From Sphaeroforma arctica JP610 (lineage: Eukaryota), in the NCBI RefSeq assembly GCF_001186125.1, contig NW_014040189.1, forward strand, positions 49,627 through 81,763: a DNA stretch of 32,137 bases, given 5' to 3'. This document shows, piece after piece, positions 1 through 10,605 of the stretch (positions within the stretch are counted from its first letter, which is position 1; each line of letters starts with the position of its first letter). The translations under genes and the position numbers were made by a program. The notes below the pieces were generated by a model. The model searched no databases, was not told where the DNA came from, and saw only the letters and a program-made list of their open reading frames with translations.

Positions 1-936
1 GTATATACATGCATGTATATACACATAAATTCAAATATAAACATATGTATACTTATACACTCATATTTATATATTTATATATATATATATCCTCATATAT
101 ACATACTCATATGTTCATACTCATATATTCATATGTCATCATATTGGACCTCGTGGATACGGTCAGGTATCGCCTGATCATAGTAGTTCGCAATGTGCAC
201 GCTTTTCTTTCAATCATAGACTATCTCTGCCGGGAAGAATCGTCTTTGATCCTCCAATATGGAACTTCAGTATGACGGTATAGAAATGAATAGAAAACAT
301 AGTCTGACATAGCCTTCTAAAGGCTATGAACAAAAAACTTTATTTTTCATTATTTTTATAGAATATATCCTAGCTCATGCACAAAATTCGAACTAAATAT
401 ATATTGTTTATTTTCTTTTTTGTATGTAACAAGAGTACTTGAAACGTGAGCAGACTGAAGAGTCAGAAGTGAGAAGACAGTCTCACGAATCATATATCAA
501 TGATGAATTCGGAGAAGAGTAAATATTTTATTCCTAATATGGAGATATAAATTGTTGCGGTAGCAAGGTATTGGACAACGGGATACACAATAAAATCAGC
601 CAGTCTGCTGACTGCTCTCTCCGCCTCCTTAGAGACTATTTCCAAGTTTCCAACCACTGGCGCGAGTCGCGCCTGGGTGGAAATGATCGTAACTTCAAAT
701 ATTTACGCCTTTAAGGGCTTAGAGGCCTTAGGGCCTTCGGCGCATACATAGTACATTCGGTTTATACGGATTACGGTATTTAAATATTCATTTTTCATGT
801 TAAAAAAGTTGAAATTTGAGCCTCAATGGCTGGTCCTCTTGAGTCCTCAGCTCCTCACAATAAAAAGGCCTGGATAAACTATAGAATATATCAGACATAA
901 CAAATTAAGTTTAACACACACACAACTAACTACACA

Positions 937-3842
937 ATGGAAGTTTAACCACTTGCCGAGCCGATGAAAATCAACCGGTCCACATACATAGTGCTGGCAT
1001 CTTTGCCTATCGCACTTGTAGTTTCGCCCGTGGTATTCCCCTTAACAATTGCTTTCCTAGTATGCGGAGCTGTACTTTTGGATGGTCAAACCTAAAATAG
1101 CCAATAAGATTATCCCTGATAAATTACACCCAGTTACTACGAGGACGGCGGCACTAGCTACTTCAGCGATTCTTAAAATCAATGTTTGGAGAAAGGGAGA
1201 GAACAAGTACACTAAGCCCACGGAGCCTTTGGGTAAGTGCGTATGATTTATTTAACAATCAGCACTGTGTAAATTTATCAGCTTATACTGTATTCAGGTG
1301 AACAATGAGTTTGTGATGTTATATTGAAACGCGATCGTAGTTATGATTGCTGCTGAGTATACGAACACGTGTTTAAAATTGTGAAATTACATGCGCTTTG
1401 TGATAATTCTATATATTTCATATTATTTCTATGTATATAGACTAGTAGCACGTGCATACACTGGTATCGATTTGTGAATATGTAACAGGCATATAACTAT
1501 GTAAATCTTCATCGTATGTACGCGAGTGTTGACAATTGAACAATGTTCCATTAATTCTACGTGCCGAAGGATCCTTAATCTAAACTGCGTTGCAATCTGT
1601 TGTAATTACACACATCCGCTGTGTCATGCTAACAATCATACTTGGATAAACATTCATATGTACTCATCATGACAAAATACTTAACCTCACCAGTCAAGAA
1701 AACCAAGACTATTAGGCGTGCGTCGAAGTCACTACATGGAGAGCCATCAACTGTTGGGGATCTCATGTACCTGCAACGGCATGCACACTACGAAGAATTG
1801 ATCGTGGCACTGAGACGGATGCTAAAGGAGTAGCCCGAATTAATGGAGGAGACATTTGTGCAGCTTGGGTTGCCTTGCGATTCCGTAACATCTTGATCCG
1901 TGAGGCTGCTAAGGTGTGTGTGTGTGTGATGACTTCGTGGGTTTTTATTGCTGATGTGACTGTTTGTAAAATAACTCGGGTATAGATTGTTAAGCTATTT
2001 ATGTTTTTTTTGCATCTACCTACCTAATGCTAGCAAACACTTCTACATAAACTCATTTATGGAATTTTCAACCATATCATTCTCCTACGAATCAAATATA
2101 TCGCTATACAGGACAAAAAAGCTGTTGAAGTGGCGAGTTCTGATGGATGGTTCTCGTCTGACACACGTTTGCCAGAGGAGAAGGTGACCTATCGCTTCAT
2201 CAAAGTTGATAACTTCAACGAGTGGCAATTAGTGAACGGAACCGAGAACATCGTGCCTATGCCTGAACCTATGTTCCCAGGTAGGTACTCGCGCAGATAT
2301 AATTTTGTGCATTGTATGTTGTTTGCATGTGCACACGTATTGAGCTTGCACAAATTGCTACTGGACTTTGTATCAAAATATCCTCGTCGCCGAAGCAGTT
2401 TTCTACGATGCCGGCTCAGATGTTGTTTGCTTGAACTATTGGTAGCGTTGAATCTCTCATCAATGTCGAATCAATTCCTTGTAGGAAAGGCATAAATTTC
2501 CGCTGCCTATTAGAAATCTAATCACATTTCTCTTTGTGTGTACTATGAATAGAGAAAATTGACTACGGAGTGATGTTTGTTCCGGGCCTGCTGAATGGCA
2601 TGTTTGCCTGTGCGTGCCTTTCGTGATCAGATGAAGCCTATGCTCGACCGATTGGGAGTTAAAGGTAGGTAGGCTTATTTTTCATACTCGACGGATTTAC
2701 TGTGTTATATAATCCGCTTACTGTCACGTTAACTGATGTTGTTTTATATCGTCTTTTCCACTTACAGGACTACGTGTGGATGTGCATCCTATGCGTGCCT
2801 GTGAGCAGAATATAGCAGATATTAAGCGAGCCCTCAAGGTATCATATGTATATACATGTAGATTTGTGTGTATACATCTACTTGCACTTTTGGGCGAGTC
2901 TTGTGCCATGCGCTCGCCTAGTATTTTATTCGTGGTCTTGGTTAGGCTGTTAGCACCATATGTTTTTGCCATATATGTATGCATTAATGAATTTCTGCTG
3001 GTCTCTATATGAACAAATTTACACATCAATTCGTAGCTTTTGCCATATATGTATGCATTAATGAATTTCTGCTGGTCTCTATATGAACAAATTTACACAT
3101 CAATTCGTAGCAGTGATAGCTCAAAGAGAGATTGTTTTAATAGAAGGTTTTTATTTTTTGGTCCGGTTACATTCTAATCTACCTCTAGCTCCGCGATGTA
3201 AGTTCTGCACATCTTTACCAACTTTAGGGTCGTTCATAATCCTTGCAGCCCGAACTGTTTACAATTTCCCTGTGAGGTTTTATCAACCTTTCATATGATC
3301 CGCCTTAATTGGTTGCAACCATCAGACTGATTGATTGTTCGTTCGTGTTTCTACTCAGGGGGATGGTTTGACTTCAGACTGCCAACCCGCAACCGTATGG
3401 AGGTGCCGGAAAAATTCATCACAATTGGATATAGCAAGGTACAAATGTCGTTATAATTTCAAGCAGTCACTTTCTTTCATATACAATTATTTTCAGTTTT
3501 TAGTCGTGTTAATTTTTTAGTCTTCTATTAATATATGAGAGGGTGGTTGTCATTAGTCTGTATATGATTTTCATATCCTATTAAAATCTAAAATGAAAAT
3601 CATTCTTATATCATATTCTTTATCTGTCTATGCAGGGGTGCCCCGATCTACTCACGGCATTTCGAGAGCTCCCAGAGATGCGGGAGAGATGTGTTGGTAT
3701 GTTCAGTTGGGCCGGTGCCTATGGAGGATCCTTCGTGGCGAATGATATGTACAATACCGTCAAGGAATACGACACACCGTACATTATGTCCAATCTCAAT
3801 TGCATTCTCGAATACATTTGCCCGGTGATCGATCTGCGCAAG
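937..3842 (+). pseudogene. Multi-exon alpha/beta-hydrolase (lipase-like, GYSKG nucleophile elbow) pseudogene with N-terminal hydrophobic segment; 3'-truncated
   Basis: GT-AG exons at 937-1232, 1694-1913, 2112-2280, 2553-2664, 2768-2838, 3359-3438, 3636-3842. Reconstructed peptide includes YGVMFVPGLLNGM, DVHPMRACEQNIADI, FITIGYSK|GCPDLL and SWAGAYGGSFVA. Lesions: in-frame TAA at 946-948, TAG at 1831-1833, and single-base frameshifts near 1077-1080, ~1882, ~2603 and within the 80-nt exon 3359-3438. No further exons found after 3842. Confidence 0.75.
2964..3111. repeat. Perfect 74-bp tandem duplication within a pseudogene intron
   Basis: ttttgccatatatgtatgc...caattcgtagc occurs at 2964-3037 and again at 3038-3111. 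Confidence 0.95.
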
Positions 3843-5283
3843 GTATGTTTTCGTTTTTCGACTGTCGTTCAGTGATCTGATCAAGTACTATAGCAGTAAT
3901 TCTCCAGAATCCGATTTTTAGCCACCAATTGGTTTTTTAGAACATAAATTCAAAAAATAATCACTCGGTTCATGTACATATAGGGATAATAATATTTATT
4001 TCAAAAATGGCAAGTATGTATGGTACAATGTATGAACATAGGGTATGGCTCTCATAGTCGCTGTAGTGGTTCAGGAAAGATTGATAGGAAGAAGTGGTCA
4101 GTAAATTCCCGTTTGGAGCTTGGGCCAAGTGAGTCGACAATGGAAGATATGTGCTGAGGGAACACTAGGCCGTATAGACAAAGTCAAAGAACGAAAGTAA
4201 AAGTGAAAAACAGCGGAATTAAAAAATAAAAGATAGACCTATGAGTCGGCTGTGACGTAAAGCTCTTTTTGTTTTTTTAAAACAAAACAATAGCGACATT
4301 TATGACAAAATGAGCCATAGATTTTATAAAAATGCCAAAATGGCTTCAAAAATCCACGTTTCAAATTTCCTGATCAGATATTCGTACCCCTGTGTGCCCG
4401 TGAGTGAGCTCTTTTTCAAACTAAAATTTAAAAATTCGACCAAGTGTATGGATTCTGTTCATGATGTGAAAGTAAAACGTTGAATCTGTATTTAAATATG
4501 TAGTCGGCCTACATACTCTATATTTATCACTAAAAGCTTTAGCTATTACGTCAAGGAATTAAATAAAACATTTTATGCCCATTTGAGACCCTGTACATGA
4601 ATATAGAAAGGCCCAATACAAGAAACACTAGGTGATACCAGCAGTAGAAGAGATATGGTTATTGGGGGCTCAGTCGAACCCCCCCCCCCCGAACAAAAGC
4701 CAAAAAGAAATTGGAAATCTGGACCCAAACGTGAACCAAAATTGAAGTTGCAGTTTAACCATGGAGCGCGCTTTTGCAAAGCAAATAAGGGTACGAAAGA
4801 CGAAAACCCCCCAAAAAAATATAAAATAACATTTCTCCCTCTTTTTAATGCTTTTAGCTCCCCACCGACGTCAGCGGTGTTTTATATATTATATGTATAA
4901 AAAAAAACCAATGTACAGCCACCACTCATGACTCATGAGTCATGACTCAATAGTCAACACTCAACACTCGAGTCTCAACAGTGTATTTATTTTAGTGTTT
5001 TTTACTTTTTACTCACACAAGAAATACATTTTCTTTGGGCCAGTGGCCTTACTCTGGGGCCTACGCCCTTTGTATACTATAGAGCTACTATTACAAAGTA
5101 GTAGGGGCTCAGTATTGTCGTTTCCAGATGTTTTGACTGTCTACCCGTGCTTAGCGGGGGTAGGAAGTCTAGCATCCGGGCTGAAAAGTAGCTGAATATT
5201 GTAGGGACACAGAGGTTTTTACTGGCTCTATAAATATAACAGTCGATCTGAGTGGTGAATGTATTCATTTCAAAACAAAATAT

Positions 5284-7047
5284 TCAACCAATTTTCTTGA
5301 ATTTAGTTATCCATTGGGAGGCTGTTCCGAAGAGAATATCTGATTCAGTATTCTTATCCTTAAACCGTGACGCCACATCAAAGTAGCGGCATACGTAGCG
5401 GTCGCCTGTGTGCTCGGACGTAGGCAGGTCAACCCCATTTCGCTTAGCATCTTTAAGTGCGTCTACTACATTCGGGTGCTTCAGCTTATGGTTTTGCGTC
5501 AGCCAAGCAAGAATGTTTTCTTCATTCTGCTCCTCCAGAATAAAGTTAGGGTTGCGTGGTCTCTAAGTCTGTAGTGTTTCCAGACTCCTGTCCTTCTTTT
5601 GCATGAGTGTCATAAGTGCGCTCGTGTGCGTTTGATACACCTGACTTATTTAATAGTCGCATTATATGTGTATATGCTTCAAGATTATCTTTCGTTAATC
5701 CATTTAAAAATAGGTTTTGAAAGACTTCGGGCTTGGACTTTATGTTATTAAACAGAGTCCTAGCTAGAGACTGACGCTTCTTAATTGTAGTGTCAATAGT
5801 AGATCGTATTTCTTGTGCACAGACTTCAAGTGCTGTGTTGCCTTTGCACTGCATAACGTTCAAAATAGTGGAGAGTGGAATCTCTGATTCTTTGACCTTG
5901 TTAAGGAAGGTCTCAGCAGGGGTCCATTCGGTTGTTCCAATGGGACCTATACGACATATTATAGTATGCCTCCAGGGCGTCTTCTGGACGGCTCGGGTAC
6001 CCTGATATAGCAAAGAATCTACTTTCCTAAACCCTGGCACAAATGTATTTTGAACCAGTTCAAACCACCTGTAATTACATTTCCAGTCAGTGGCTAGTAA
6101 CTCACGTACAGATTTATTAAAGTCCGGTACGAAGCGCGATAACATATCCGGTAAATGGTTATGTATTCCTGGCAGATGTTTTATATCAAAATAAAACTTT
6201 GATATTGTATCATGCCAGCGACTAAGTATTGTGAGTCGGGGTTCATCTCTTTCATATATTGAAGAGATTTCTGATCACACATCAGCGTAAAGGCCGTTCC
6301 GTATAATTAATCTCGGAAGTGTGTTAGAGCTGCCACTATGGCTAATAGCTCTTGTTAACAGTTGGATAATTCAACTGTGAAGCATTCATCGCTCAACTAA
6401 AGAATTGTATATATCTAGGTTTGTTATCTATAACCTGATATAATACTCCTCCTAAGGCTAAGTCGGAGGCGTCCGTAACTATTTCAAACGGTACGCCATT
6501 GACCTGTCCTTGTACAACAGGGGCTTGTTGGACTGCATGTTTGAGCGCTTTAATTGCGTCATCACACTCTTTAGTCCACAAGTCTCCTAGTTTGCCTTTA
6601 TGACATCTTAAGTGTCCAAAAGGTTTAAGATACAGCCAAGTGTGGTACTCCATCTGAAAAGAAATTTACAAACCCACACATGCTGTTCACATCTCTTCCT
6701 GTAGTTGGTGTTCACTTATCTAACAGGTGTTCCACCTTACCGGGGTCGATTTTAATACATTCCCCGGATATACGGTAGCCTAAGAGCTGTATTTCGCTCA
6801 TGGCGAAGTGACATTTCTTCTTGTTAATCTTGAAGTTTTGCTCGTTGAGTCTCTGTAGGACTCGCCTGACTAATGCGGCATGTTCGCCCTTAGTCTTAGA
6901 AAAGATGACTATCGTTAGGCATTTCTGCAAACATTCCCTCTATTACCTGTTGGAAGAATGCTGGTAAAGAGTGCAACCCCAAAGGTGCACATTTGAACTT
7001 GTATTGTTTACCTTTCCGCGTAAAACTAAAGTATTTACGATGTGGTT
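5284..7047 (-). pseudogene. Pol remnant: C-terminal RT, RNase H, then ~290 aa with a possible chromodomain-like segment and unknown extension
   Basis: Frameshifted ORFs 6712-6930, 6393-6653 and 5546-6145, plus a continuation frame NFILEEQNEENILAWL...WITKFKKIG* ending at TGA 5286-5284. Confidence 0.8.
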
Positions 7048-7049
7048 CA

Positions 7050-9112
7050 TTGGTCTTCTCACACTTGTCACACTTAGTATGAAAACGTGTACAGGTGCCT
7101 TCGCCTCTGTGCGTGCCCGTTTATTGGGTGGCGTGGATTGAGTGGAGTCGCGAGCACGTGTCTGGTTAGGACGCGTCTGATTAGGTTTATCATCTGACGT
7201 CTGCCGTGATTCCCTTTCGAGGTTACTCGGTGTGTGGGAAAACGAGTGGATGCAGTATAATAAAACTGTTTCCACGTATGTCGGGATATATGAAACTTTG
7301 TTTCGTGTCCCTTGTCTCGAGCCTCAGTAGCGTATTTACGTCGCAATTCGGTGTACGGACTTTCACGGTCGTTGTTCCCTATGTTTATACAGAACACATG
7401 CATAACCAGAAACTCGTACCATCGCTGCGCCTTGTCCTTTGTTATATCTGGACGTTTAAGATCAGCATCAAGTTTTAGAATATTACACTGAATAGGAGTA
7501 TTTTCAACTGGTTCAGTTAAGATTGAACTCAGTCTTGGATTTCGCATGTCCTTGCTTAATAAGGACGTAATCAACCAACACACAGCTGGCCAGTCACGAC
7601 AAGTGTCTAGCTCATGCTGGTGTCGCTGCAGGATCAAGTAATTTGTTCCTGTAGGGTCAAACGACTGCATTAAAGCGGAAATCCATTGCTGGGGAGCGAT
7701 ATCATTCGTCTTCAGCATGACCGTAAACGCATTAAGCGTACGGGTTAGCGTGTCGAGGTCATGGTTGCTTATAAACTCGACCTTCTTACTGTTGGCATCC
7801 CAGCCCGACTTAAGTCGACTGATCTGTCCCTTGTATGTAAGATTCGGTCTATTAAGGCGATATTAACGCCTTAGAGTAAGTATACGCGTAGGTAAACTCG
7901 TAAGTATCGTGAAAATATCAAAGTAAATAAACGAAATGAGACTAAGGGATTTTATTTAGTGTTTCGTTGTCGCTCTATTAGAAACTATGGTATGTTTCGT
8001 TGGGGCGAATCCGAGAGACTCATAAAATCCTATCTTTAGAAAAAAGAAAAAAATTTCTTGATGTACATAGTTTGTGCATTAACCAATTAACTTGCCACTT
8101 ATCAAGAATTACCGACTTAGCCTTCATCAGACTGGCACATCTGGTTGGCTGATCGGAAGATCAACTAGGTAACGTTAATAGTCCCTAGGTAACGTTAATA
8201 GTCCCTAGAAACCTATATTCGGTTGAGCCATCTCGCTACCGAAGTATTCAGATATAAATAGTTGGAAATTTTATAGTTCTATTAATAGAACTAGACCAAC
8301 TCTTATGTTTGGTATTTTACTGAGGCCTTTTAATGGCCTCGTCCAAATATCTGACATGTAAAATGGAAAAGGTATTAATTAATAATACTATTTAAACCCA
8401 TTTAGGAAGCTTAATTAAGATTGCGTTTATATTTTACGTACTGCTTAAGAGTACGTTTATAACATAAAATCTAATGTGGAGGTCCGGCTATTACATGTAC
8501 CGCTGATTATCCCTGTGGTCTTGCTCACGTTGGCCCTGAAGTAGCTGATCGATGTACTTTTGCTTGAACGCGATCATATTAGAAAAATATGATACATCAT
8601 CAGCACGGTACGCACCATTGACGATTTCAATTTTAACGATGTAATCGTCGACCGATTTATTAAGTTCGGTCACCTCATCTGAGTGGAAACCCTCTGCGGG
8701 CTGGTGTAATGCTGTGCGATCAAATCGATTAAATTCAAACCCTTTGAGATTCGTCTTTGTCCCCTATAATTTTCGTCAGAAGAATTGGTTGGGGAGTCTT
8801 GAGACGTGTCCCTTGTCTCACTTCTTGGCCTCGTAAATGCAAGCTTTTAAGTTGAGGCAATAGTTAGCCCTCGGGCTCTATCTGTAGGAGTAGCTCCCTT
8901 AATCGAAGTGGCTACATCCTTATCGGAAGCATTCTCTTGTTGACTATTATGTCGGAGACAAGTGCTTCGGCTACGACGCGGTTAAACGCATCGGCAGCGG
9001 CGGCGATTGCTTTTGCGGTAGCAGTAGCTGCGGCAGCGCTAGTGGATTCTCTCTCTATCTTCTCCCTTTCAGCTCTAAGCTTCTTAGAAGAAATATTGTC
9101 TTTCTTGGTCAT
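7050..9112 (-). pseudogene. Gag-like ORF of the retroelement, frameshifted and split by a solo LTR
   Basis: ATG at 9112 (MTKKDNISSKKL...) about 130 nt after the LTR. Segments 8673-8496 and 7831-7074 join in frame once the solo LTR and one TSD copy are removed. Ends in a Cys/His-rich stretch (CTRFHTKCDKC) fused directly to mid-RT. The gag call rests on position rather than a recognised motif. Confidence 0.6.
7836..8495. mobile_element. Solo LTR (660 bp) with 4-bp target-site duplication TGTA
   Basis: Termini TGTAA...TTACA; TGTA at 7832-7835 and 8496-8499. Direct-repeat homologue of 9240-9904. Contains a 20-bp internal tandem duplication (ctaggtaacgttaatagtcc x2, ~8165-8204). Confidence 0.9.
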
Positions 9113-9239
9113 AATATTAACTTATGACTGCTAGCTGGTCTCTTAAGGACTAGCTTGGACAAGATAATTTTTGTGGTAGTTATCTACCTTCAAATTTTAA
9201 GTAGTCTAAGTAATCAATACCTTTGCTATATTTAAAATT

Positions 9240-9904
9240 TGTAAGTTTCGGTCTATCAAGGCGATATTAATGCCTTAAAGTAATTAAACGCGTAGGTGAA
9301 GTCCAAGTATCGTGAAATTTAAAGTAAATAAACGAAATGAGTCTTTTGGTAAAGTTAGGTATGCCTCGCGAAAACAGCAATACTCTGAGGGATTGTGAGG
9401 CTGAGACATTGCCTATATATAATCCTCTCAGAACTGTTTTCGCCAAAGGGATTGTACTTAGTGTTTCGTTGTCGTTTTATTAGAAACTATGGTATGTTTC
9501 GTCGGGGCGAATCCGAGAGACTCATAAAATCCTATCTTTAGAAAACATTCTTGATGTCCAGAGGGATAACATTATTTATTTCAAAAATGGAAAGTTTAGT
9601 GCATTAACCAATTAACTTGCCACTTACCAAGAATTACCAACTTAGCCTTCATCAGACTGGCACATCTGGTTGGCTGATCGGAAGATAAAATAGGTATCGT
9701 TAATTTGGTATTTTACTGGGGCCTTTGAATGACCTTGTCCAAATATCTGATATGTAAAGTGGAAAAGGTATTAATAAATAAAACCGTTAAAAACCATTCA
9801 GGAAACTTAAGCTCCTTGTACTATTAAGAATACGTTTATATTTTACGTACTGCTTAAGTGTACATTTATAACATAGCGTCTAATGTGGAGGCCCGGCTAT
9901 TAGA
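9240..9904. mobile_element. LTR copy (665 bp), probable 5' LTR of the minus-strand element
   Basis: TGTAAG...TATTAGA (terminal CA apparently mutated). Colinear and highly similar to 7836-8495 apart from reciprocal indels. No TSD (flanks aatt/caag). Lies just upstream of the gag ATG on the minus strand and carries a TATATATA box at ~9414-9421. Confidence 0.8.
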
Positions 9905-10605
9905 CAAGGGATCTGTGAGTAACACAATAGTTCATACCCATGGATTCTAGTGCTGTTTCTCTTTAAACCCTATCCCTACCAATTTGTTGTATAATGTCTA
10001 CATTGTTATCACCTACTTGCTGTGTTACTACTTTATTGTTTACACCTTCCTGTTGTGTGAATAGCATTTTGTTATCACCTACTTGACTGGTGAAACTAGT
10101 ATTGTTATTACCGCTCTGACAATCGGTATTTGTATTTCCACTTTTACAATGATTGTCTCTTGTAAAATCGTTTTTCTAATACCTCCCGCAAACAATCGCT
10201 TCCTAATCTATTTGACCCCTGGCACTAGTGTTCGACAATTTAGGCATTTGTTTTTCTGTTTCGACCCTCGTATTGGATTCATCTTTGTCTTTCTTGATCT
10301 CTCTGGTAACATGCTAAATGTACAGCGTCTTTTATATGATCAGAACTATTGTCTCTCGCCTCGTCTGTATGTATGTTTGAACGCCAGTTATCTACGTGTG
10401 ATCGTTGTGAGTGACGTGCATTTGAAAGTGATTGTGAATGCCTTGATTTTGAACGTGAATGCAATGCATTTGAATGTGAAAGTTGTTCGCGCGTGAGTTG
10501 TATTCTCTCATTTGTACGATTCAGCACTCGAGGAGATGGCGGCGTTCCGTCGAGGCTACTAGATATACTGTCAGGCATACTGACTATCATAACAAAAATG
10601 CACAA
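9905..10605 (-). pseudogene. Degraded low-complexity (S/N/T/H-rich) ORF remnant, possibly from another element
   Basis: ORF 10279-10605 continues through frameshifts and stops (...KKDKDESNTRVETEKQMPKLSNTS...SQVGDN). Internal repeat ttgttatcacctacttg occurs twice. No recognisable domain. Confidence 0.3.

Larger units (their letters stand above)
5284..9904 (-). mobile_element. Degenerate, internally deleted Ty3/gypsy-like LTR retrotransposon (LTR - gag - partial RT - RNase H - C-terminal extension); no intact 3' LTR
   Basis: RT remnant HRKYFSFTRKGKQYKFKCAPLGLHSLPAFFQQVI (~7047-6940), then IVIFSKTKGEHAALVRRVLQRL..KINKKKCHF..IQLLGYRIS (6712-6930). RNase H with TDASDLALGGVLYQ, KELLAIVAALTHFR and HLPGIHNHLPDMLSR (~6500-6135). 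Many frameshifts and stops. Protease, N-terminal RT, YxDD and integrase core are not seen. Confidence 0.88.

Noticed and set aside
7965..8140. Hammerhead ribozyme on the minus strand (CTGATGA...CGAAAC words in the LTR)
   Set aside because: I could not build stems I-III; CTGATGA and GAAAC are over 110 nt apart with no closing stem II.
7836..9904. The two ~660-bp repeats as intergenic IRES-like RNAs separating three cistrons, or as the paired LTRs of a TRIM
   Set aside because: TGTAA/TTACA termini, a TGTA TSD around the left copy alone, and perfect frame restoration on its removal identify it as a solo LTR. The pair shares no common TSD.
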